Notes: a model not told the origin generated them from the sequence alone. A stretch of DNA of 64,000 nt from the human T2T-CHM13v2.0 reference genome, Homo sapiens (GCF_009914755.1 NC_060929.1); one strand, 5' to 3'; shown: positions 1 through 14,670, numbered from the stretch's first letter. Program-made: numbers and translations.

Positions 1-3000
1 CATCCTATGTCTCCTTGTGCATAAGTGTAAGAGTTTCCATACAGCATAAATCTAGAAATGGAATTGCTGGGATAACTTCTGGTACATGGATTAATAAAAA
101 TGAAAAACCAGGATTATGAGAAGGTCTGGGCTTGATGACATTCACATTATAGCCCAGGGACAGGCTGTTTGTCATCAGAAAACCCCTTCCATTCATGAGG
201 CCATAGAAATCCATGGTGACCGAAGCACTTGTGACTTCGGAGCAGTGTGATCTGATTTTGAAGTGGTTTTGAAAACTGGGGACGGTATACATAAGGTGCA
301 AAGATCACGGAAACATGAATTAGCAAGTGGGGCCTCAGTCTAGGTTACGAGTGCTTTAGGACAAAAAATAATCACTTTTAAGGAAAAGTCACTGTTGATA
401 GCACTCAGAATGCCACCAGTATTGCAGATTTGTAATCTATTACTTTAAACTTTTACAAATGCTCATGGTGTAAAGTTCAGACCCAAGTTACTGAATGTCT
501 GTTGCCTGAAAAGGATACTTCAAAATTATATTTTCCCTTTAATTTCCTGAATCAAAAGGCTCCAGGTTGTGACAGAAATGTCACTACTTGCTGTCTCCAT
601 TCCTGTACAGAGACTCACAAGAGACTGAAAAATGGTGTTGGTCAAGTTGTCTTGGGTTCTGTGCCTTCTGGGACCGGTAGGAATGCAGTGTGGACTGCAG
701 TGGAGCTGGGGTTGGGGAGCAAATGCCTGGTCTGCTAGTACTGTCTCATCCACTTGTGTTTTAGTAATCTCATTGCTTTCAGTGGAGGGATCCTATTTTA
801 CACTGATCTTTATGAGCAAAGATAATTATATATATTTGCCTGGGTAAGCAAATTAATAAACTTGTAACAAAGTGTATCAGACCATTTCTTTGGCAAGACC
901 TACTAGAACAGTTTGTGAAGCAGAGCTGCTTCCAATGGAGCATGAAAAGCTTTGAAAATTCTCAGCAACAGCAGAAAGCAACATTTGAAACCACCCTTAA
1001 AAAATTGTTTTCCTCTTCCCCAACCAAGTTTATAAAAATTTGGTCAGACAGGCGTTTTGTTTTGATTTAAAATATTTTCAGTGAATTGTTATCTGCCGAA
1101 TGCACATGTGTTCCTGCACTTTTTCTTTCATGATTGAAACTTTAAACCCTTCCCTTAAGTTCCCCTAAAAACCTCCCTGTGCCTAGTAAGGTTTTGCATG
1201 TGTGAGGAGGGTGAAGGTATTTGGACCTTGGAGAAACTTTGCAATTTGAAATCTGCCTATGCAGTTGTACACCAGAAATGAACATGGTCAATGCCATATT
1301 GTGCTCTTTGTCTTTTTCTTCTACCAAGATTCCTCACCCCTAGGAGACGTTGGTTAATATAGGCATTTCGGTTTGGTTAATCTGATCATGAGTGCCCGTG
1401 AGCATGGCATGAGGCATGATTGAAGCAGTTATAAAAATTTGGCTCAGAGTTAAGCCCTATAATTTGTTTTAAAGAATTACCTCTTCAGTGACATTAAAAA
1501 AAAAAACACAACAACCCAAAAACAACAACCAAAAGACTGTGGTTTATAACACCACACCTGGTCCAGATTGTACTGGATGAATCCATATTTGCTTTGCCAT
1601 AAATGATTTTGAGGGTGGAATTCTTGGACTGTTTTCTATCTTATAAACCCTTGACATTGTACTGGTACCTGTATGCTCACAAACCTCCTGACATGGGAAA
1701 GACCGGCTCAGCCTCCCACTGAAATGTAGGTTGGCTGCATTTATTCTGCATGTTCCTAGAATGAGGAAATGATATGACAATAAACAGAAATGCCCTTGCT
1801 GAAGAGAGAAGGGAAGCTGGTGTTTATCTGGTCAGGTGGTTTAGATTAGCTGTGATGCAGCTTTGTATTATGTTACTTTAAATCATTGTGTCCCAACAGG
1901 ACATAAATTATGAAGATTGTTACAGTATGTTTCATCCTATGTAAGATCAACAAATTGGAATAATTTTTTATAGGAAAATCACAGTGCTTTTGGCAAGGCT
2001 ATTGAAGCCTTTAATTTGACTTGAGTATGTCTCAAATATTATTGCTTAATATATAAAGTATGATTTGCATAAGGTATGAAATAATAAACTTGTAAAAACA
2101 AAAGGGAAGAATTTCCCTGTAGCAGTTGCATCAAATGGCAGTGCACTCCTCCTCCAGCAGTGTGCTTTTTTTGCCCTGATGGTTTAGAGCCAGTTGCATG
2201 ACTTTCCTCTGATGGGATTGCAAATGAGCTGAGCAGTCTTTGCAGAGATGGAGCTTTGCTGTGTGCTGCGTGCCTGTCAACCCTACCTGCACAGAGAAGG
2301 TGATTGCTCCGTGGCAGAACAGAATGGGAGCCTGCTCTGAGGAGGAGAAAACAAATGATCTTGTTTATATACACTCAGGAAAACAAACCATTTTTCTTTC
2401 TTTCAGGATATTGTGAATTACTTATATAAAAAAAGCCAACCTCTCCAGAAACTTCCTAGATCAACAGCTGAAGTTAAGATAATTTATATAGAAATGCGGA
2501 AAAATTTGACTTAAGAATTTATTATTTTAAATGTTTTCTCTCTTCATTGCTATTTTCTGAATTACTAGCATAATTTGTGAATTTTTGACACAGAGACTTA
2601 AAATTTTTCATTTATATTCAAGATTCAGCTAAGTTTGGCTACACAGAACAAATTTTCTAGATTTTAAAAAAGTGGCATAAAATTACTTTATGTATGATTC
2701 CAGCAAATTGGAACCGCTTCAGTGTCCCAAAGAAGCACATTTTCTGCGCAAAGCACTGTGCATTTTTGTGAGACCTCCTCACACCCAGTAGTGATGTTAA
2801 GAAGTAACAGAGCCTCAGATTTACAGAGTAGTAGAGGCAAGAGAGGTTTAGGATTTGCTGAAGGCCATAGAATGAGACATAGCTAGGATTAGCATTTTTC
2901 AGGATATAAGGATACCACCCACCAGACTTTGTCTTTGATACCAAAAATAGGGTTTAAGTGCTAAGCTTACTTTCCTTTCTTTGTGGCTATAAGCCCTGGT

Positions 3001-3096
3001 ATTTTTCTTTAACAAATAATTAAAATTATTATTAAATAAATAAATATACTTAAATAAGATTGTTTAAAACAAAAACAAAAAATCCCTACTTTCCAT

Positions 3097-3164
3097 CTAT
3101 AAGGGTAGGAATGTTTCTCTCCTTAAGCCTACCCTTATAGGTTGGGTAGGCTTAAGGAGAGAAA
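3097..3164. repeat. Overlapping perfect inverted repeats (13-bp and 21-bp arms)
   Basis: 3114-3134 tttctctccttaagcctaccc pairs with 3144-3164. 3097-3109 ctataagggtagg pairs with 3128-3140. Confidence 0.95.
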
Positions 3165-4058
3165 AATAACAGGTTAAGGATAAATCCTGAATATATTTGT
3201 GGTTTCCTTCAGCTCGATGTCTGAAGATTCTCACAGGTTCAGGGACTATTCCAAGTTTGCAACCTGTGTGTGGATTTTGAAACAAATACAGACAACTTAT
3301 GAGACGGTTTCTTTGCTGGGCTTCTTGCTTGACACAGTTTTCTGAAACATGGCTCTGGCAGGCTTTTTTCTTCCATGGACACATTGCTGCCGTTTATCAC
3401 TGAAGTTCCTCTGTGGAGTTACCAGGAGCTAATATTTGGATGATGTACTTTTCTTGCAGAAAATATTAGCAAATGTTGCAGAAACTGTGCTTTAAAAACT
3501 TTTAAAAGGGGAATGGATTCCCAGTTTAAAAATAAGCAAAAGAAAGGATAAACATGATTTCATTGATGGTGTGCAACTGCTTTAGAACATCAGATATTTT
3601 GTGATGTGAAATGGGATGATACTCTATTTTACAAAATGTGTACTGCTTATAGAAAATGTATTTACTGTACCACTAAGCCAAACTTAGGTGTTGCTTTGTT
3701 TCCTTAAAATATTTTTTGAGTCGCTGTGGCTGCCCCACAGATGATGGGGGAGTAGGCATTCTTTCTGCCCAGAGCACTTGTTCTCTTCCTCCACCCTTTT
3801 GGTTGTTATTGTAGCATCTTGACTTTCAGCTTAACACATCCCAACTTAAGCAGAAGCCCTTTTGCCTTCTCTCTCTTTAAAACTAGATCCATAGAAATTA
3901 TTTTTATTACAGTAATAGGGCAAGATAGTTTTATGTCATATATAAACTGGAATTATGTAGTGTTAGTAGTAGTTATGTCTCCTGAAAGGAACCAGTTGAT
4001 TATAAAGAAGAAAAGTTAGGGAGTAGACTGTCATTTTGCATGCTATTAAAAAAAAAAA

Positions 4059-4348
<290 letters not shown>

Positions 4349-4352
4349 TCAA

Positions 4353-4649
4353 TTTTTTTTTTTTTTTTTTTTTTGAGACGGAGTCTCGCTCTGTCACCCA
4401 GGCTGGAGTGCAGTGGCGCAGTCTTGGCTCACTGCAAGCTCCTGGGTTCATGCCATTCTCCTGCCTCAGCCTCCCGAGTAGGTGGCACTACAGGTGCCCA
4501 CTACCACGCCTGGCTAATTTTTTGTATTTTTAGTAGAGACAGGGTTTCACCATGTTAGCCAGGATTGTCTTGATCTCCTGACCTTATGATCCACCCGCCT
4601 CGGCCTCCCAAAGTGCTGAGATTACAGATGTGAGCCACCGCGCTCGGCC
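4353..4649 (-). mobile_element. Alu (AluY-like) in tandem with the previous Alu
   Basis: Diagnostics gcaagctcc, ccattctcc and gttagccaggat. Flanked by cctcaattttt on both sides. Confidence 0.93.
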
Positions 4650-6339
4650 CCCTGACCTCAATTTTTAAAAATATATTTGGGCAGGTACTTTGTGTATCTT
4701 AGTGGTTCGGAAGCACAAAGTTGAAGCCTATGAAGTCGTTTTTTTTTTATATAAAGTAGAATTTCTTATAATTTTATAATGATGACAGTACCAAGGAGCT
4801 TAAATACAATTTTTAAAAGGATTGCTAAAACAAAACTAACTAAACTTTGGTAATCTTTGCAATACCTCTCACCTCATAAGACTCTGAAAGCCAACAAATA
4901 AGGATTATCAGCAGATTAGGGAAGAAAACCTCCAACAGGACTTTTCTGAGGCAGCTGATTGGCAATAATGAACAGCCCCAGTGAATTGCAAAGCATCACA
5001 AGTTATTTTGACACCAGGGAACTCTGGTAAGGGGCTTCTCTTGGGGTGGTTTTAAAACCAGTGCTTCTGTTTGCTTTAGGAGAAAAGAATGGGTAGAAAA
5101 CTGGTGAAATGTGCTAATTCAAAACTGAAAGATTGTGAGAAATTTAAGAAAGAGCTAATCAGACTGGGCAATTGGTCTGCCCAATAGTAGCTGATGAAGA
5201 TATGGCGAAATGAATTTAAACTTAGGTGCAGAGGAATTTGGAAACCGGTAGTGTCTCTTCAGGGAAAAGATACTCATAGCTAGTGATCACCTTGGCCAGA
5301 ATGTCTTTTTGGTATACATCAGCTGTGTGAACTCTATCTAGTTAGAGAACTTTCACTAAAAATGAAACAGAAATGAAGGGCCTTTTGGTAAAATCGTGTG
5401 TAGAGTTTTTTTTTGTGGATGTAAACCCTGCCACCTGGAGAATAGTGGATTTATATTAATATACTCCTATCTAAGAGGAGTTTTCCTAGCCTGGGAATTC
5501 AGTAGAAATTTACTGATGTATTGAAAGTCCTAATTCTGCAAAAGAAAGTTGTTTTGCACCTTGCTTTTCATTTAACAGTATATGTTGAAGATGGTACCAT
5601 GTCATTAGCTAAAGAGTTGCCATATTTTTTCAATTGGCTGTGTAGGCTATTATGGCAATTGCCAAGAATAGTGACTTGAAGCTTTTTTTTTTTTTTTTAA
5701 AAGGCTCTAAAATGCTACAGTATGAAAACAGCTTTTGAAAGCAGTGTTTAGAAGTGAGCATGCTATCTCACAGGTGTTGACCTGTTCAGTGACATTTAAA
5801 AAATGTACTTATTACCATGAGCTAAGGGGGACTCATTTCGTCTGGGGCCTGGAAGAGCAGGCAGCTTTTTCAGTAGCTTGTGGATGTTGTCTTCAGTGCC
5901 TGGAGAAGCCAGTTTTAATTTCATAGTTGGATATTCTTGGCCTGAGTTATTGGAAATGTTGAGCTCTGTGGCGGATCAAGTAGATGGCAAGTAGACTAGT
6001 GGCTTAGGATTGGTGGGAGTTGTGTCTGCCCCCAGACACACAAGGGACTGCACAGGGAATGGTCCTCAAGCAGGCCTTTAGCCCCACTTCCTCAGGGAGA
6101 CATGAGTCACCTGCTTGGCTGAGATGCTCGCTGACAGATTGCCAGTTCCGCAAGGAAATCTTCCCGTGCCGACACCCACTCAGAGAAACAGTGCTAAAGA
6201 TGTTTCTGGTTTTCTGAGCCTTGTAAAGGTGAATTTCTTTGGCCTTCAAATTGGTCTTCTGCTAGGTTTGGAAAGGAATTCTTCCTTTCCAGGCCACAGA
6301 CACTATAATATCAAAGTGTTATTGATGATGATAATAATC

Positions 6340-6510
6340 ACTAGCATTAACTGAGTTCTTAATAGAGTGCCAGGCATACTGTAAAGTATATTACATGAAT
6401 TAGCTCCTTTTACGTATGGGGAAACTGAAACTCGTTTCAAAAGTTAAGTAACTTTTCTGAGGTCATATAGCTAGTGAATAGCAGAGCTAGGAACTGAACT
6501 TAGTTGACCA
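6340..6510 (-). mobile_element. MIR
   Basis: gtgccaggca...ggggaaactga...gttaagtaactt...aggtcatatagctagt matches the reverse MIR core. Confidence 0.8.
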
Positions 6511-8019
6511 GTGTGCTAAAAATATGTCTGACAGTCCAGAGAAAAAAAGCATGGATTAAATACATCTTTGGTTGGATCTGTTCCTCACAGTTTAGTTGAG
6601 AATATTCTTGTGTTGCCTACAATTAAAATCTGACGTTTCCTTTGCAGCGGCTAGAACAGTTAACAGTGTTCCACGTGAAAGTCTTGGTGAGACATGTAAT
6701 CATGTTCTGTGGCAAAGAATGCCTTTACTTGGTGCACTAGACAGTGTTTATGTGATTGATAAGTCACCAACACCAGGGGAAGGTCCTGTCCTGTGACATG
6801 TGCGTGCTTGGCAATGATCTTGCCTTGCATTTTGCTTAATAATTTTCATTATTTTTAATTAAAGTTGAAGAAGTGCAGACTCTAGCTGAAATTAAGGTAG
6901 GTTGTGTTGCCGGAATCTGGTAATTACTTTAATTGATCACAAGATAGTTTCCTTGATCACCAATTAGAGTAAATTGCTGATCATGTTTCAAGACGTGAAG
7001 AAATGCCCAAACTGATTTATGTAATAGTGTTTTCATTTGTAATCAGACATAAATATCATTTCCTTCCATAGCAATTGTGTTTTATAAAAGAAGGGTTATA
7101 GGCCTACAAACATAATGGTGATTCATAAACAATAGATGTCTAATTCATTGAATTAGTAAAGGAAGTATTTAGAGGCTTAATGGAGATTGTACTGGGGAAA
7201 TTACTTTGGAGTAGCTGGTGCTCATTTTCTTAGTGGGAGATATGTTCTTTTTTAGTGCATAATTAAAATAGTCTATAATCAAAATATAAAAGGCAGCTGA
7301 TTTAAAGAATGTATATCAAAGAGACTTGCTCTGAGTAACGAAAGATTTGTATTGTAAGTATGTGCTAGAAGTCTTAGAACTTTAATAAATCATACATGTT
7401 ATTTGACTGAAGCTGTATTTTAAATTCAGGGTGCTGTTAAACATTTCACAGATTGATGCACGATTTTTGTCTTGGTTTTGTGCATCTGATAGTCTTTCAT
7501 AGTTTCATGGAATAAAATGAAACAAAAGGAACTTTAAGAAAAATTAAAGTTCCCAAAGAATACTTGATTTGGGGTTCATGGAAAAATCTTTAATTGCTGA
7601 TGGTTTGGAGATTTCCAAATGACAAACTTCATTGGCCCAATTTACTGTGATTGTATTGCTTACATTCCTTAAAATGGTAGAGTAACTTAAAAAGTCATAC
7701 TTCATCATACATTCATTGACTTGTTCATAAAATGTTTGTAATTTGCAATAGAGGAAAGACTGAAACTATTATCAGCCATTATACGTTATTTGTTGGCCAT
7801 ATGTTTGTTTGAAATGGCTGTGGCTCAACAGAACATGGCTCATAGACAAACTATGCTGTAAATTGGCACTAAAAACCCACCTAAACAGGTAGGCATATGT
7901 TAAGAAGTTAACATGAGCCAAAATATTTTAATGTGAACCAGGTTATGTACATTAAAGGATTCCAGCTCCCTTTACAGTGGGAACTTCATTTGCATGTTGT
8001 TCATTTTTTTCCCAAACTA

Positions 8020-9460
8020 ATTTTTAAAAAATAGATCAGGTATACACATGGTACGAATTCAAAAGGTACCAAAGAATGTAGGAAGTCTTCCTGTTTGTGA
8101 TTCTCAACCATCCAGTTCCCACTCTCCACTCTCCTCATCTTTCACCATTGCTCCCATCATTCTTGTATATCCTTCCAGAGATATTAATGCATACACAAGC
8201 ATATAATTTCTTTTCTTTCCTTTTTATATGCTTCATGAACTATTGTTATGCATATATTTTTTTTCATTTAGTAATGTATCTTAGAGGTACTTCCATGTCA
8301 GAGGATAAATGGTTTCCTTGTTCTGCTTAATGGCTGCATAGTATTCCAGTGTGTAAATGTACCATAATCTTTCTAATCAGTTCCCTGTTGATGGAGATTT
8401 TGCTGTTTCAAGTCTATAGCTATTACAGGCAGTGCTGCAATTACCTTTCTTGTAATTTATGAGTATGTCTGCAGCACAAATTCCTAGAAGTATTGTTTGG
8501 TCTAAAGGCATGGACATTTTCAGTTTTGACAGATAATGTCAGATTGCCTTCCATGATGATGATATCAACTTATATTCACCAGCAGCATGTGAGAATACCT
8601 TTTCTTCTATATCCTCACCAACAGAATATTAGCAAATATTTTGATCTTTTTCAAGCTAATAGGTTTAACTTAGTTTTTAATTTGTATTTACCATGATTGA
8701 GATTGAGCAGTTTTTATGTTTCAGAACCATTTGAATTTCTTTTCTGTTATCTATTATGTCCTTTGCTCATTTAAAAAATGGTGGTTGGTCTCATTAATAT
8801 GTAGGAGCTTTTTATATGCTAAGGAAGTATATACTGCAAATATAATTTGTTGTTTATCTTTTGCTTTTGTTTGTTGGATTTTATTACCATACAGAAAAAA
8901 TTTTTTTTGCCTGTCTTCTTCCTGCAGTACAGAAAAAAATTTTTCGTGTAGTAAGATTTATCTATTTCTTAGTAGTAGTTTTTTAAAGTTTTCAGGAAAT
9001 AGAATTTATAAATTTCTTGTTAAGTTACTCTTAGATTGTTTTTCGGTGCCATTTTAAATGATATCTTTTCTTCGGTATATTTTCTAATTGGTTATTGTTT
9101 GTATGAGAAGCTGTTGACTTTTTTTTTTTTTTTGTCTTATTCTTGACTTTAATGGGAATTCTAGCATTTCCCTATAAAGAATGATGCTAAGAAAAATGAT
9201 GCTGCCTTTGGACTGAGAATATATTCTATCGTATTAAGGAAGGATGCATCTATTCCTATCTATCAGCATTCCAGAGAATGTTTTCAGTACTATTTCTACT
9301 TTTTGGAATTGATTGAGATTTTCTTTGTGGACTAATATATGTTTAATTTCTGTGAATATTTGATGAGCGCTTTAAAAGTGTTATTCTCAGTTTTTAGAGT
9401 TTAAAGTATAGCAATTAGCTCTACCTTTAAAATTATGTTTGTTTGTTTAATCTGTCATGG
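8020..9460 (-). mobile_element. Old L1M 3'-region fragments
   Basis: gctgcatagtattcca...ttccctgttgatgga...caccagcagcatgtgaga are degraded antisense L1 motifs. Confidence 0.65.
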
Positions 9461-9478
9461 GTTAAGAGATGTAAGTTA

Positions 9479-9786
9479 GGCTAAGTGCAGTGGCGCATGC
9501 CTGTAATCCTGCCACTTACAGGTTTAGAGGCTGAGGTGGGAAGATTACTTGAGGCCAGGAGTTCAAGACCAGGCTGGGCAACATAACAAGACCCCATTTC
9601 TACAAAAATTTAAAAAAATTAGCCAGGCATAATGGCACTTGCCTGTAGTCCTAGCTACTTGGGAGGCTGAGATAGGATGGATCCCGTGAGCCCAGGAGTT
9701 CAAGGTTGCAGTAAGCTATATTCGTGCCACTGCATTCCAACCTGGGAGATAGAGCGAGACCCTGTCTCTTAAAAAAAAAAAAAAAA
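9479..9786 (+). mobile_element. Alu (AluJ-type)
   Basis: gagcccaggagttcaaggttgcagt...gagaccctgtctct followed by an A tail. Confidence 0.93.
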
Positions 9787-10279
9787 GTTAATTAAAGTCT
9801 CCAACTATAAATGTTTCTATTTATTCCTATATTTCCTACATGGGCTTATTCAATGCCATGTTATTATTTGTAGTGTAGATATTTGTAATTATTTAATCTT
9901 CATTGGTGGATGCAAATTTATAAATGCAAATTACCCGCTTCAGGACTTTTAATGTTTTGCCCTAAATTAGCCTGTTCAATATAATTTATTAACAAGTTTT
10001 TTTTTTTGCATTTGCTTATGTGCTTTTATTTTTAATGATTGAATTTTGCTTTGTGATCCAGCGTGAAAGTTTTCTCTTTATTTTGATTGGTTGGATTTAT
10101 GTTCTTTACATTTATTGATTGCACAGATGAGTTTAGTCTTATAAAACATGGCAGAACCAAAATACTTTTTTCTTCCTTATTTTAAATTATGATATGGACT
10201 GTGTTTTCTTTGTTTCATTTTAATTATGTTTTTCTTTACTTAACTGGGAATGTTTATATTTTTATTTTGATTCTTGTGG

Positions 10280-10804
<525 letters not shown>

Positions 10805-10934
10805 TTATATAGCATTTATGGTCCCCCCTCAAAGCAATATTGAAATAATATTTTCTCCTACTTTTTGTTCACTGTTTAATTTTAGTTTATATTATTTTTC
10901 AGTCCTAGTGCTTATGTTTAATTAATTAATTAAT

Positions 10935-11223
10935 CAGATACAGAGTCTTGCTCTGTCACCCAGGTTGGCGTGCAGTGGAGTATGATCATAGCTCACTGCA
11001 GCCTCAGATTCCTGGGCTCGACGGATCCCCCAACCTCAACCTCCTGAGTAGCTAGGACTACAGGTGCATGCCACCATGCCCAGCTAATTTTTAAAATTTT
11101 TTTTGTAGAGATAGGGTCTCACTATGTTTCCCAAGCTGGTCTTGAGCTTCTAGCCTCAAGCAGTTCTTCAACCTTGGATTCCCAAAGCGCTGGGATTACA
11201 GGCATGAACCATTGTGCCCAGCC
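10935..11223 (-). mobile_element. Alu (AluJ-type)
   Basis: Antisense Alu with the J diagnostics gatcatagctcactgcagcctc and gggtctcactatgtt. Confidence 0.92.
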
Positions 11224-11696
11224 TTAGTACTTAAGTTTTACACATTTAAGTATACTTATGTCTCTAACTTGATCTTTCATCTTTCAAAGATTTTGTTTAC
11301 TTTTATATACCTTCTTCATCTTGTCCTTTCTCTTTTAAACTCCTTTAATAGTTTATAACATTTGCATTCCATTCTGTAACTGTAATTCCCACAGTTGTTT
11401 TAAATGTATTCCTAGAACTGAATGAATATATTGCTTACTGCTAATACCTTTGGTATAGTTTCTCCATTCATCTCTTAGTTACTTATAGTTCATCCTTTAA
11501 TAGTTTCCTCAAGAAGGATGAGTGATAATTATTCCCTGACTTATTGTATTTCTAAAATGTCTGTCTTTTGCATTTATTTTTGAAAAGTAGCTTAGCTGGG
11601 TATAAAATTCCTGGTTTTCAACTTTCATTTCTTAAAGTTTTTGTAGGTATTGCCCCTCTGACTTCTAATGTTGAATGTTGGTATGTGAATGTTTGA

Positions 11697-12004
<308 letters not shown>

Positions 12005-12259
12005 AGATTCTTTTCATCCTTATTGATGAATTGATCTTTTTGATTAGATGCCAAAAGGATTTTTTAATCTTCCGAGTTTAACTTTGCTACAGTATATATA
12101 TATATATATGATTGAAATATTACAATTTATAGATTTAAACCCTTTATTTTTGGAAAACTTATTTTTTTTTTAAATTTTTATCCCCAAGTGTTCTGAGTCA
12201 TAGAAAGTTTTCTTAAATTACACTCTAATTTTGGGGGTTTCGTATTTTTGTTCAGTTAA

Positions 12260-12754
<495 letters not shown>

Positions 12755-13819
12755 TAGTTAGCTCAAAGCCTTTGAGCTGGAATCCCATAAGCAAGTAACT
12801 AAGACTGTAAAAAGAAATCTTTGAAAGAAGGAGCAGATGCTTTTCACCATCTGCTAAGTCAGCTGTTTGGCATTGTATCTTCTTCATTGTATTCCAGATA
12901 ATCAAACTTTCGTTTGAGTTTTGCCTTTTTTCTCTCTTATTCAGTCATCTAAATTCCTTGGAGTAGTTCTTTGAGTGTATATTTTGAAAGAAGTTTTTAA
13001 TTTGTGGATTTAAAAATACATATTTTGGGGATTGGTTGGTTCTGTTATATGGAAGAAGGATTATGGAATTGTCTTTTTGCTTCCAGAGCAGATTATTATT
13101 TTCCCCGGGGAAGAATTAAGAATAAATCCTGTGTAAATGGTTTATCAGGCTTTGTAGTATTTTATTAAATGCAAATATTATGTGACAGTTGAAGGGAAAT
13201 ATGCAAAGCTGAGAAAAATACAAATTTGAGGGGTTTTGATGTGTCATAAAAGTTTTTTAATTGTATGTAGATATGGTAGATGTTTTTTCTTTGATCAGTA
13301 TGCCTCTTAGGCTGTGGCTGTGTTTCCTTTCAAGCCTTATATCTGTGATGGAATAGATTTTGCTACTATACTGATGGCATGCCAGTGGTCAAAGATTTGA
13401 GGACCACTTCTGTGTTCCGATCATCCACTTGATCCACTTGGCTAATGGGAAATGGCAAGGAATTGTAGGCATCACTTTAGACATTTTAGAATGACATGGT
13501 TCAAAGAAATTGTGGCCACAGGGTGTAAGAACTTGGGCAGTGACTGTGCACTCATAATTTCTTGCCATTAAGCTGCTTTCCCCAGTCAGTGTGCATCAGG
13601 ATGTTACCCCACAATGTATTATCTGTTCGTTTGCTCTACATGTGCGAGTCTCTATTTATGACAACTGGAAAAAGGAAAGAGCCATTCTTCTGGAAGACAG
13701 CAACTAGAATCTTAGATTCTCAAGCCCATGGAGAGCTTTTCACCACTCATTGTGTTTTGTAAGGTTTACCTTGTGTAGTTTGGTCAGAAGCAGTAGTGAC
13801 AGCAGTATGTGCCATTACT

Positions 13820-14330
13820 GATCTCTTATTCTGTACCAAGTGCTGTGCTAAGTACCTTTATATACCTTATCTCATTGTTTATTAGAATGTAATCACATGA
13901 CTTTTAAAATTATTGTCTCCATTTTACTGATAAGAAAACTGAGAGGGCCAGGCATGGTGGCTCACGCCTATATTCCCAGCACTTTGGGAGGCTGAGACAG
14001 GTGGATCATGAGGTCAGGAGTTCAAGACCAGCCTGGCCAAGATAGTGAAACCCTGTCTCTGCTAAAACTACAAAAATTAGCCAGGCGTGGTGGCAGGTGC
14101 CTGTAATCCCAGCTGCTCAGGATGCTGAGGAGAATCGCTTCAATCCGGGATGCAAAGGCTGCCGTGAGCCAAGATAATCCCACTGCACTCCAGCCTGGGC
14201 AGCAGAGTGAGACTCTGTCTCAAAAAGAAAAAAGAAAACTGAGACTGATAGTTAAATTGCATGATAATTAAGTGATAGAATCAGGATTTGAATCCAGGAC
14301 TCCCTGGCTCAAAAGGCCATGCCCTTAACA
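13820..14330 (-). mobile_element. MIR interrupted by an Alu
   Basis: attgtctccattttactgataagaaaactgaga...gttaaatt...aagtgatagaatcaggatttgaatccagg. Confidence 0.7.
13946..14230 (+). mobile_element. Alu (AluS-type) inside the MIR
   Basis: TSD AAGAAAACTGAGA on both sides. Confidence 0.95.
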
Positions 14331-14482
14331 ATTGCATTGCTGTCTATCAGTGATGTTGATTAGCATTGTACATCTTCTAATGCTAAACAAGAATAAGGCA
14401 TTATAGGCAGAGTAGAAATTCTCCTTATACGTAGTTTAATGTGGGTTAACTCTATGTTTGAATAATTAGAACAGACTTTCAT

Positions 14483-14670
14483 GGCTGGGCATGGTGGCAT
14501 GCACCTGTAGTCCCAGCTCCTTGGGAGGCTGAGGCAGGAGGATCCCTTGAGTGATCCCTTGAGCTCAGGAGGTTGAGGCTACAGTGATCTATGATTGTGC
14601 CTGTGAACAGCCCCTGCATTCCACCAGCCTGGGCAACATAGTGAGACCCTGTCTCTATAAAAATAAAAAA
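14483..14670 (+). mobile_element. FAM (fossil Alu monomer)
   Basis: Single monomer that keeps the 7SL-type gcctgtgaacagcccctgca segment missing from FRAM and Alu right arms. A-rich tail. Confidence 0.8.

Noticed and set aside
12760-12855. Two short hairpins (agctcaaag/ctttgagct and agcagatg/catctgct)
   Set aside because: Stems of 8-9 bp can occur by chance in 64 kb, and I saw no snoRNA or tRNA boxes.
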